Shown here in pieces: positions 8,352 through 16,784 of a DNA stretch of 64,000 nt. The DNA is from an uncultured delta proteobacterium. GTDB lineage: Bacteria > Myxococcota_A > Polyangia > Polyangiales > Polyangiaceae. The DNA lies in NCBI GenBank assembly GCA_963831555.1, contig CAWHQT010000020.1, positions 12,099 to 76,098 on the forward strand, written 5' to 3'. The position numbers and the translations under genes are program-made. Each line of letters begins with the position of its first letter. Within the stretch, counting starts at the first letter, position 1. The notes beneath the pieces were generated by a model. The model was not told the origin of the DNA, made no database searches, and was given only the letters and a program-made list of their open reading frames with translations.

Positions 8352-10838
8352 ATGCGCAGATCATCTCGAGGTGTTGGCGTCGTGGCCCTTTTGACTCTGG
8401 GGGCTGGCGCGATCAGCAGCTGTTCCAGCGGCGGATCGAAGGCGGGGGACATACAGCACCTCGAGCAAACGGGAACCATCGGCGCGGAGCTTCAGCTTCC
8501 CGGCATAGCGATCAATAGTGTTACGTACGCCATCACGGGACCCGAATCGTTCACCCGGTCGGGCACAATCGACCTGTCGCACGCGTCGAGTCTTTCATTC
8601 ACTCTAGGCGGGATCCCGGCGGGGAGCGGTTACACCATCACGCTTACGGCGACGTCGACCGACGGCACGACGAGCTGCGCCGGATCGGCCACGTTCACCA
8701 TCGCGGCGGGGGCCACGACGCAAGTCGCGATTCACCTCGACTGCCACCAGCCGCCCACGACCGGCAGCGTCGCGGTGTCAGGAACGGTCAACATCTGCCC
8801 GGTGATCGATTCGCTATCCGCTACCCCGAGCGCGGCGGCGGTCGGCAACGCGATTGCGTTGGCGAGCGCCGCGCACGATCCCGACGACGGTCCGTCATCG
8901 CTCGCATACCAATGGGCCGCGACGTCAGGAACATTCGCCAACAGCTCGATCCAGAATCCCACGTTCACGTGTACCGCGGTCGGAGTCGCGACGCTCACGC
9001 TCACCGTATCCGATGGGGATTCGGCGCCCGGTTGCCCCGCCACGTCATCGACGTCGGTGACGTGTACGGCGGCTGCCCAAGCCGACGCGGGCGCGTCGGA
9101 CGCGGGCACCGCATCGGGACCGGACGGCGGTGATGCCGGTGTCGCGACGGCACAGAGCCTCATCACGACGGTGGACGAGGGCGTCTTTCCAACGCAAGTG
9201 ACGATCAACCAGGGAACGGCGATCGGGGAGGGTGTGCTCAACGGCTCGACGCCGTTCATGCTGACGAACCTTGCGGCCGATCCGAACGACACGCAGGTCA
9301 TCACGTCGAGCGATGGTGGCGCTCCCTTTCTTGCGACGGGAACGGTCCCGGACACCGCCTTCGGTTTCTGCGACTATCCGACGGATGGGGGTGCACCAAC
9401 GCGAATCACGCACGTGACTGGCGCGAAATTCGAGACGGCGTCCGGCTCGGACCCGATGGTGCCCCTGACGCCAGCCTACTTCCCACTGGTCTACACGACG
9501 ACCAACACCACGGCCGGAAGCGCCTTCGGAGGTCAATCCCCGATCATCGGGCTCTTCGATTGGCGTCCGAAGGATATCGACGAAGGGGTCCTTGCCGCAG
9601 AGTCCGACGACAACGGTCGGACCTGGTACTTCATGCAGATGGTGCTCGAGCTCAACCCCGATCTTACCAATCCGATCAACGGCGGCTTCTCAGCCACTTC
9701 CACCAGCACCGGTTGCCCCACGACAGTGAACGGCACCAACGCGAACCTCGTGTCGGCGAACGGGTCGCAGGCCGACGACGGCTGGGGACACGCGGCTATC
9801 ATCCAGCTCCCGGGAGCGGGGAACGTCAAAACCGGGCAGTATCTCTACTTGCTCGACCGAAACACGAACAACATTGCCGGCACGTCGACGGAGATTGTCG
9901 ATGGGTCTCCGCTTTGGGTGATTAACCTCAGCGGAACGAACGGAAACGGCGGTTCGAGCAACAAATTCCCGATCTGGAATACCAACAATACTGCCGCCGG
10001 AAATAACGACATCAAGTCGATCGGCTCCACGTTGAACCAGACGCCCGATTCCGGAGCTCCGATCAATATCCAGCAGACGGTGGGCCTGATCGATCCGGAC
10101 GGCATCATGGCGGTCTTCCCCACGCCGGCAGCCATGGTCGGAGTCACGGGTGCGCCGGTGACGGTCCTCTGGGTGCAAAAGATACTCAACGGCGACAACA
10201 CGGGCTCGACGGCGTTGCCCGCATCCGAGCAGTGCACCAAGGCGCCGTTCAGCGGCAAGACCAACCACGACATCGCGACCGTGCGCTTGGCCACCACGAC
10301 GGACGGCGTGCACTTCGTCGACCTCGGCGCGGTCAACGGTCTGAGCGATCCAACGACGGTAGACTACAACAAGACGCGCTGGGTTAGCCCGCGGGGGACC
10401 CTGATCGATATCCACGGAGATGGCTCCCGCTGGGGTCTCTATTTTTCGGCGGGCAATTGCCTCGACGGTGACTCGGACGCGTTCCATTACATCGGATACG
10501 CAGAGTCTGCCGACAGGGTCCAGTGGACCGTTTACAACGACATCAATCATCCCATCATGTCGATCAACCCACTCACGACGACCAATCAGGCCACCGGCCT
10601 CACGGTCACGATTCCTGCCAATCCGCCGCTCGTCCCGACGCAAGCGTGGTTTGCGGAGCGCCTGTACGCGCCCACGGCGACGCAAATCGACTCGACCCAC
10701 TTGAGCCTCACATTCGCAGGGTACGGGGTTCAGACACCGAACAACGACCTGCTCGACTACCGGGCGATCGGAAACGTCGTTCTCACCCTCAGCCAGGCGC
10801 TCCCGCCGGGCGTCCCCAACAACATCAACGCGCACTAG
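8352..10838 (+). CDS. Large lipoprotein: Ig/PKD-like N-terminal modules plus a C-terminal Asp-box (BNR-like) beta-propeller-type region
   Basis: The start is ATG 8352 with AGAGGA upstream. MRRSSRGVGVVALLTLGAGAISSC gives the lipobox. PKD-like segments are PSSLAYQWAATSGTF...PTFTCTAVGVATLTLTVSDGD. Asp-box-like motifs are SDDNGRTW, TTDGVHF and SADRVQW. There are Asn-rich stretches unusual for this genome. Confidence 0.6.
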   Translation: MRRSSRGVGVVALLTLGAGAISSCSSGGSKAGDIQHLEQTGTIGAELQLPGIAINSVTYAITGPESFTRSGTIDLSHASSLSFTLGGIPAGSGYTITLTATSTDGTTSCAGSATFTIAAGATTQVAIHLDCHQPPTTGSVAVSGTVNICPVIDSLSATPSAAAVGNAIALASAAHDPDDGPSSLAYQWAATSGTFANSSIQNPTFTCTAVGVATLTLTVSDGDSAPGCPATSSTSVTCTAAAQADAGASDAGTASGPDGGDAGVATAQSLITTVDEGVFPTQVTINQGTAIGEGVLNGSTPFMLTNLAADPNDTQVITSSDGGAPFLATGTVPDTAFGFCDYPTDGGAPTRITHVTGAKFETASGSDPMVPLTPAYFPLVYTTTNTTAGSAFGGQSPIIGLFDWRPKDIDEGVLAAESDDNGRTWYFMQMVLELNPDLTNPINGGFSATSTSTGCPTTVNGTNANLVSANGSQADDGWGHAAIIQLPGAGNVKTGQYLYLLDRNTNNIAGTSTEIVDGSPLWVINLSGTNGNGGSSNKFPIWNTNNTAAGNNDIKSIGSTLNQTPDSGAPINIQQTVGLIDPDGIMAVFPTPAAMVGVTGAPVTVLWVQKILNGDNTGSTALPASEQCTKAPFSGKTNHDIATVRLATTTDGVHFVDLGAVNGLSDPTTVDYNKTRWVSPRGTLIDIHGDGSRWGLYFSAGNCLDGDSDAFHYIGYAESADRVQWTVYNDINHPIMSINPLTTTNQATGLTVTIPANPPLVPTQAWFAERLYAPTATQIDSTHLSLTFAGYGVQTPNNDLLDYRAIGNVVLTLSQALPPGVPNNINAH

Positions 10839-10896
10839 AGCGACCGCCATCAGACGTGACAGCCTTGTGCTGAGAGAGCTTTCAGGGGGAGGCGTC

Positions 10897-11928
10897 ATGC
10901 GATCGACTTCTCCCGGGACGGCTCTCTTCGTCGCCGGGCTCGCGCTCTCGGTGCTCGCGTGCACGGACGGCGGCGCATGCCCCGGGGTGCAGAGCCCGGA
11001 CGCCTCCGAAACGGGCCCGGAACCGGACGCAACTTCCGCGATGGACGGGGTCGTAGGCCCTGAGTCCGACGCCGCAAACGGGGCGAGCTCCGATCGGGAG
11101 CCCGACTCGACGCAGCCGGCACCGTCGCTTTCGTTTCTTCGCGTCGCGAATTGGTCGAGCGACGCCCCGCCCATCGACATGTGCATCGCACCGCACGCGA
11201 CGAGTGCTTTCCAGGGACCGTTGCTCGCGGGTTTGACGGCTGCGCTCGATGAGGGCGGGATCGTGGATGGCGGAGAGGCCGCGCTCCCGTTCCCGGAAAC
11301 GAGCGCGTACCTTCTGGTTGCTGCCGGAGCCTACGACGCGCGGCTCGTCGTGGCTGGCGCAAGCGACTGCTCCGCGAGCGTCGTCGCGGACGAAACCGAC
11401 CTGCCTCCCGTCGCCGTCGGAACGGCGATGACGGTCGCGCTCGTAGGTGCGGCCCATCCGGTAGGAATGCAGCCCGGGCTAAGGATGATCGGCCTCCTCG
11501 ACGACAATCAAGCACCGGCGATGGTCGCGCTGCGGGTCGTCAACGCGAGCCCGGACATTGCTCTCGTCGATGTGGGCACGGTGACCGCCGGGGTGTTCGC
11601 GCCGCTCCTGGCGTCCGTTCCGTTCGGATTCGCGAGTCCGTTCGTCCCCGCGGAGGCATCGAGGCCGGCGGTCGACTCGAATGGATACGCGAGCGTTCCG
11701 GCGCTGACGCGCGCAACCCTCCACGTACGACCCTCCGGAACCAGCACTGATTCGACGGTTTCGAAGTCCGTTTCGATCGCGGCCGGAGCGATCGTGACCC
11801 TCGTCGTCGCGGGCCCGGGAGCACAATCCGAGACGGATGCGCTCGTGCCGATCGCACAGATCGTGGAGATCATCGACAATGCCGGGACCCTAGACAACGT
11901 TGCGAGCTGGAGCTTGATTGCGCCATGA
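10897..11928 (+). CDS. DUF4397-like lipoprotein
   Basis: ATG 10897 follows GGGGGAGG. MRSTSPGTALFVAGLALSVLAC gives the lipobox. The repeated pattern LRVANWSSDAPPIDMC and LRVVNASPDIALVDVG resembles the DUF4397 signature (RxxHxSPDAPxVDV). Confidence 0.6.
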   Translation: MRSTSPGTALFVAGLALSVLACTDGGACPGVQSPDASETGPEPDATSAMDGVVGPESDAANGASSDREPDSTQPAPSLSFLRVANWSSDAPPIDMCIAPHATSAFQGPLLAGLTAALDEGGIVDGGEAALPFPETSAYLLVAAGAYDARLVVAGASDCSASVVADETDLPPVAVGTAMTVALVGAAHPVGMQPGLRMIGLLDDNQAPAMVALRVVNASPDIALVDVGTVTAGVFAPLLASVPFGFASPFVPAEASRPAVDSNGYASVPALTRATLHVRPSGTSTDSTVSKSVSIAAGAIVTLVVAGPGAQSETDALVPIAQIVEIIDNAGTLDNVASWSLIAP

Positions 11929-12476
11929 GCCCCCACGGACGCCCCGCACGCCGTGCGCGAACCCCCCAATGCCCAATCCGTCATGTGCGATTCGTTCCGG
12001 CGCGCGCCGTCGCCCTCTTGACAGCAGTGGGACTGCTCCTTGGCGCGAGCCAGGCGCGGTCGTACTGCCGGGAAGTCGCGGCCGACCCTCCGGCGAACTA
12101 CGATCCGACGACCTCGGGATGCTTCGTGACGGACGCGGACGGCGCCGCCCTCCCGCCGCTCTTCTGGAGAAACCAGTGCGTGAGTTACAGCTTCCAGGCC
12201 GACGGAAGCGGGACGATCTCCGTCGCCGACACCGCGCGCATCGCAAACCAGGCCTTCGCGGCCTGGAGCAACGCGCCCTGCCCTGACGGCGGAACTCCCA
12301 GCATCCTCGCCGACCCGTATCCCGAGGTCGAATGCGATAGTGCCGAATCGCAGGGTCACAACAATGTCATTCTTTTTCGCAACGACGGCTGGCCATACGA
12401 CTCGGCCAACGCCCTTGGCGACCAGATCGGCGACGCGCAGAGCGTCGAGTTCGATGCCGGCGGGATCCTTCCGTAA
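11925..12476 (+). CDS. Secreted protein resembling the N-terminal half of myxobacterial matrixin-like metalloproteases; it lacks an HExxH region and may be truncated
   Basis: The start overlaps the upstream stop as ATGA. The signal-like segment is AVALLTAVGLLLGASQA. The sequence WRNQCVSYSF...IANQAFAAWSNAPCP...NVILFRNDGWPYDSANAL then stops without any zinc motif. Confidence 0.45.
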   Translation: MSPHGRPARRARTPQCPIRHVRFVPARAVALLTAVGLLLGASQARSYCREVAADPPANYDPTTSGCFVTDADGAALPPLFWRNQCVSYSFQADGSGTISVADTARIANQAFAAWSNAPCPDGGTPSILADPYPEVECDSAESQGHNNVILFRNDGWPYDSANALGDQIGDAQSVEFDAGGILP

Positions 12477-12636
12477 GTACACCGGCTCCGCCGGACGGGT
12501 CCGTGTGGCAAGGAGTACAGCCCGTGTATCCGTGCCGAATCATCCACGGATACGCGCGAGCGCTCGAGGCCACCATGGTGGGCCCGAGTACGAACGCAAT
12601 GACCAGGAAGAAACGAATGAACCGGCGCGGGGCCAT
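12367..12636 (-). pseudogene. Remnant of a CxxCH-motif secreted protein; only about the first 50 codons look genuine
   Basis: MAPRRFIRFFLVIAFVLGPTMVASSARAYPWMIRHGYTGCTPCHTDPSGGAGVLTE looks like a real signal peptide followed by a CxxCH motif. The frame then becomes Arg-rich nonsense, antisense to 11925..12476. Confidence 0.4.
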
Positions 12637-12669
12637 CGGCAGACTTCGGAAGGATCGGCCGACCCGTTT

Positions 12670-13215
12670 TCAGTTTTCGGTCACGCGAAAGCTCGCCGTC
12701 ACGTCGACGTCCGGCTTCACCGTCACTCCGAGGTAGGAGGGAACAACGATTCCGAAGTCATTCATGTCGACCCGAAGGCTTCCGGTGGCCTTGAGGGACG
12801 AGCCGTCGCCCTTCGCCTCGTAATGCACCGTCACCGGGTGCGTTTGACCGTGAAGTTGCATGGTGCCGGGGATGTCGGCGACCGCCTCGCGATCGTTGGC
12901 CGGCCATTTGAGCGCGCCCCGCGCGACGGTCAGCACCGCGCTCGGAAATTTTTGGACTTCCAAGTACTTCTCTTTCATATGGTGATCGCGGAGTCCGATA
13001 CCCGTGGTCAGATTGGCCAGCGGAACGGTGATGACGATGTTGACCAGGTCATCGCGGACCGAGAGTTCGGTCGTGCTTCCCTCGATCTTCATTCCCGCCG
13101 GCCCGGAGGCCTGAAACGACACGTGCGCGTCCGAGGTTAGCGAGAGCGCAGCATGCGCCACGCCGCCGCCGCCGAGCATGAGAATCGCGGCCCCGACGTA
13201 TTTCCGTGAAAACAT
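12670..13215 (-). CDS. YceI-family (polyisoprenoid-binding-like) periplasmic protein
   Basis: ATG 13215 lies 9 nt after GGAGG. There is a signal peptide. The YceI-like core reads VSFQASGPAGMKIEGST...LTTGIGLRDHHMKEKYLEVQKFPSAVL...GTMQLHGQTHPVTV. Confidence 0.8.
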   Translation of the reverse strand: MFSRKYVGAAILMLGGGGVAHAALSLTSDAHVSFQASGPAGMKIEGSTTELSVRDDLVNIVITVPLANLTTGIGLRDHHMKEKYLEVQKFPSAVLTVARGALKWPANDREAVADIPGTMQLHGQTHPVTVHYEAKGDGSSLKATGSLRVDMNDFGIVVPSYLGVTVKPDVDVTASFRVTEN

Positions 13216-13337
13216 AAGCACTTACCTCCGCGACCCGCTATCGCAGACGCTGTTCGGATACCGGTTAGATTGGCCCAGTTGGGCGCGGTTCTTTGTTACG
13301 TTTGCGCTACGAAGTCGTGCTCGTCTTGAGTCCGCCA

Positions 13338-14447
13338 TCAGAGTCCGTACTTTTTGACCTTTTCGTAAAGCGTGGACACGGCAATTCCAAGCGCGCGCGC
13401 CGCGCGAACTTTGCTACCGTCGACCTGCGCGAGCGTCTGACGAATCGCGACGCGCTCGATCCGATCGAGCGCCTGACCCCCGAGCGGGAGCCTGTCGAGC
13501 CAGGACTCCTCGGTGGCGGTCGGGCGGAGGAGCTTCAGATGGCTCGGGAGGAGCGCGATCGCCCCCGGATCGACGAAGGCCGCGGCGCAGGACAGTACGT
13601 TCTTGAGCTCCCGGATGTTTCCGCGCCACGGGTGCGCGCGTAACATTTCGCACGTCGCTTCGGGGACACTCAGGTGTCCGATGCCGAGGTCGGCAAGGAG
13701 GCTCTGGACGAGCTCCGGGAGGTCGTCAATCCGATCGCGAAGGGGCGGGATCGATACGACGGCGACCGCAAGGCGAAAGAACAGATCTTCTCGAAACTTA
13801 CCCGACGAGACGTCCGCGCGGAGGTCACGGTTGGTCGCGGCGATCACGCGCACATCCAGTCGCCGTTCGATCTTACCCCCCACCCGCCGGACTTTGCGGC
13901 TCTCGAGGGCCCGGAGAAGACGCGGTTGCAAATCGAGGGGCAGCTCCCCGATCTCGTCGAGAAACAGCGTGCCGCCGTGCGCACGCTCGAACGCGCCGGC
14001 ATGGGCCGCCACGGCGCCCGTGAACGCGCCGCGCTCGTGCCCGAGAAGCTCGCTCTCCGCGAGGGTGGCTGCGACGGCTCCACAATCGAACACGACGAAA
14101 GGGCCGTCCGCGCGGGCACTCTGGTCGTGAAGCGCCCGCGCGATGACGTCTTTACCGGCCCCCGTCTCACCCACGAACGTCACCGTCACGTCGGTTTGGG
14201 CAAACCGGTCGAGGACGTCGAATACCTCATACATCGGGGCCGAACGCGTCGTGAGATCGCCAAAGTGGCGGAGCGCACTGCGATAGCGCTCGCGATGCGT
14301 CGTGGCGGCCGCCACCATCTTGGGGTGATCCGCGGCGCTCCTCATCAGGCTTGCCGGCGGTGATTCAATCGCCACGCCACGAAATGAAGCGGGTCGGGCG
14401 GGCGTGTTCCTGGGGCGCTGCACCTCAGCGATATTCGCAACGTGCAT
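13338..14447 (-). CDS. Sigma-54-dependent transcriptional activator (bEBP) without a recognisable N-terminal sensor or receiver domain
   Basis: Walker A is GETGAGKD. The GAFTGA loop reads ERGAFTGAV. Walker B is LFLDEIGEL. RELKN and a C-terminal Fis-type HTH (AARALGIAVSTLYEKVKKYGL) are present. Only about 65 aa precede the AAA+ core. Confidence 0.9.
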   Translation of the reverse strand: MHVANIAEVQRPRNTPARPASFRGVAIESPPASLMRSAADHPKMVAAATTHRERYRSALRHFGDLTTRSAPMYEVFDVLDRFAQTDVTVTFVGETGAGKDVIARALHDQSARADGPFVVFDCGAVAATLAESELLGHERGAFTGAVAAHAGAFERAHGGTLFLDEIGELPLDLQPRLLRALESRKVRRVGGKIERRLDVRVIAATNRDLRADVSSGKFREDLFFRLAVAVVSIPPLRDRIDDLPELVQSLLADLGIGHLSVPEATCEMLRAHPWRGNIRELKNVLSCAAAFVDPGAIALLPSHLKLLRPTATEESWLDRLPLGGQALDRIERVAIRQTLAQVDGSKVRAARALGIAVSTLYEKVKKYGL

Positions 14448-14750
14448 GATTTCGGCTCCGTTCGAGCGGCTCGCGCCATGCGAGAGACTTGCGCGTTGTA
14501 CTCAGTAGTTGGCTGTTCGTATGCTACTTCTCGGAAACATTCTCACCCGGTCTCGCGGGAGGGCGACCCGGCGAGTCACGGAAGAGGTGCAGGGGGCAAC
14601 GACTCGTGTGCTCAGGGTTTTTCCCTCCACATTTCGTGATCTTCGAGAAACGTCCCTCCGCCGAGACCGTCCCCGAATGTCGTGGCTCTCCGCCAACGAC
14701 GATGACCGCCCCCCCGCGCGGCGGCCGATTACCGCTCCCTCCGCGATCGT

Positions 14751-15293
14751 CTACAACAGCTTCGCGCTCAGGAAGGCTTTCAGCTTCACAAGCGTCTTTG
14801 GATCGCGGGTGAAGGTCGGCGATCGGTATGCCGCGGCCCACGACCTCACGTCGCTGAGGAAGACTTTGCGTACCTCGGCGTCCGCGAGAACGTCGTCGAC
14901 CGTGCGTCCTCGGGCCGCTCCTTTGCGCAAATCGGCTACGTACGATTCGAGGCGGGCGTAGCTTTCGCCCAAGAACTCCCGGACGGCGTGCGCGTCTTCC
15001 GCGAGCCGCTCGATCGCGCCCTGCTTCGAGTCCGGGCGGGCGGAGACGGCGAACGCGCATGCCACCCGGAGGACGAACGCATCGTCGAGAAATCCGAGAT
15101 CGTCGACCCCGTCGGGGATGAGGTCGAGGGATTTGAAGATGTAGTTGATGCCCGCGACGAGCGAGCGGGTGGCTTCGTTGGACTCGCCGGCATCGGCGAT
15201 GACCCCTCCCACCGCGGCCGCGTCCTCACCGAGGCTGCGAAGCCACTGCGGAAAGATCTCGAGGTAACGCGAGTCGATGGCGGCGCTGTTCAT
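14751..15293 (-). CDS. Hypothetical protein with a DUF1232 (YkvA)-like motif
   Basis: 180 aa. DLIPDGVDDLGFLDDAFVLRV resembles the DUF1232 core. No TM segment is seen. Confidence 0.5.
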   Translation of the reverse strand: MNSAAIDSRYLEIFPQWLRSLGEDAAAVGGVIADAGESNEATRSLVAGINYIFKSLDLIPDGVDDLGFLDDAFVLRVACAFAVSARPDSKQGAIERLAEDAHAVREFLGESYARLESYVADLRKGAARGRTVDDVLADAEVRKVFLSDVRSWAAAYRSPTFTRDPKTLVKLKAFLSAKLL

Positions 15294-15370
15294 GGGAAAC
15301 TCCGAGGGAGGGTACGCTATCCGCGGGCGAGAGTCTCAAGCGAGCGAGTGGTGTCTCGCGGCGCAGGCCG

Positions 15371-16708
15371 TCACATTCGGCTGATCAGCCAGCCGAGCGC
15401 GAGACCCACGGCGAGGGCGCACGCGACGAAGAGGACGACGACCTTGGGAGCGACGCCAAGCCGCGGGAGCGGCCTTCCGCTCGAGGCGAGTTCGCTCACC
15501 TCCTGTGTCTTGGAGGGCAACGTTCCCCCGAAGCGTTGGGGATCCACCAAGAGAACTTGCGGTACGGGGTCAATGACGACGGCCGCTTGCGGGCTCGCGA
15601 GCGTGCCGCCTTTTCCGCCGGCCGGTGGCTGCAATGGCCGCACGTCCAATTTCTCGTTGATGGTCGGGGGGATGGGCGAGTCCACGACGCCACGCCGGTT
15701 GACCGCCGAGGCGACGGGCACCTCGCGTCCCGCCTCCTCGGGCCCCGGGCGCGCGCCCTTCGTCGCTCTCGCCGACGCATCGGGGGTTGGGCTCGCGCGG
15801 GCACCCGCCCCCCGTTCCGCGCGAAGCGCGCCCGCCGGTAACGCCGCGGTGAGCGCTCGCGTCATTTCGTTCGCGGACTGAAACCGCTCCTCGCGGTTCT
15901 TCCGGAGAGCGCGTTCGAGGAACGGCGCGAGGGGTGCGAGCGCAGGATCGATACGATCGATGGGCTCCGGCTCGGTCGACAGCAGGGCGGCGAGACGGGC
16001 GTATTCCGTGGGAGCGGGGAACGCCACGCGCCCGCTGAGCATCTCGTAAAAGAGCACGCCGACACTCCAAAGGTCCGCCCGCTGGTCCACGTCACGCGCG
16101 CTCCGCGCCTGCTCGGGGCTCATGTACGCGGGGGTCCCGAGCAGTACCCCGGTGCGCGTTCGGTTCCCCATCCCGCCGGCCGCATCCATCACTTTGGCGA
16201 TGCCGAAATCGACCAGCTTGACCACGAACGCTCCGCGCGGGTCGCGGGTGAGGATGACGTTGTCCGGCTTGAGGTCGCGATGGACGATTCCGCTCTTGTG
16301 GGCGGCGGCGAGGGCCGCCAAAATCGCCTGAACGATGGGCGCGGCTTGCGCCACGGCAATGCGAGCCCCGTTTTGCATGTACGCGCCGAGCGGCACCCCG
16401 TCCAAGAGCTCCATGACGATGAAGGGGGACTCGTCCTCGGCGCGCGCGCACTCCATGACGCGCACGATGTTCGGGTGCACGAGGCGCATGCAGGTGCGTG
16501 CCTCTTCCAGAAACCGGGACCGAATATCTGGATCGCCGACGAATTCTTTTCGAAGCACTTTCACCGCCGCGTGGGTGCTCCCGTCTACGGCTTCCGCGGC
16601 GTAGACTTCCCCCATCCCTCCCTCTCCAAGCTTGCGCACGAGCCTCCATCGGCGCGCGAGGATCGCACCGACGACGGAGTTGGAGACACCTACGAGCGGA
16701 ACTACCAT
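15371..16708 (-). CDS. Ser/Thr protein kinase with a C-terminal TM anchor
   Basis: Motifs GEGGMGEVYAA, AVKVL, HRDLKPDN, DFG and AYMSPE are present. The C-terminal segment VVVLFVACALAVGLALGWLI is the anchor. Confidence 0.9.
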   Translation of the reverse strand: MVVPLVGVSNSVVGAILARRWRLVRKLGEGGMGEVYAAEAVDGSTHAAVKVLRKEFVGDPDIRSRFLEEARTCMRLVHPNIVRVMECARAEDESPFIVMELLDGVPLGAYMQNGARIAVAQAAPIVQAILAALAAAHKSGIVHRDLKPDNVILTRDPRGAFVVKLVDFGIAKVMDAAGGMGNRTRTGVLLGTPAYMSPEQARSARDVDQRADLWSVGVLFYEMLSGRVAFPAPTEYARLAALLSTEPEPIDRIDPALAPLAPFLERALRKNREERFQSANEMTRALTAALPAGALRAERGAGARASPTPDASARATKGARPGPEEAGREVPVASAVNRRGVVDSPIPPTINEKLDVRPLQPPAGGKGGTLASPQAAVVIDPVPQVLLVDPQRFGGTLPSKTQEVSELASSGRPLPRLGVAPKVVVLFVACALAVGLALGWLISRM

Positions 16709-16784
16709 CCGTCGCGTTCCTCAGCGTAGCGTGCTTCTTCGACGAGTGGACCGCGTTCGGTCCGCCATTGCCCAGGGCCGCTCT

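Noticed and set aside
13216-13337. Sigma-54 promoter upstream of the YceI gene
   Set aside because: Only weak candidates exist. ccGGtatccgaacaGCg on the minus strand has the GG/GC spacing but poor flanks. tggcccagttgggc on the + strand is one nt short and on the wrong strand. Neither is supportable without a PWM score.
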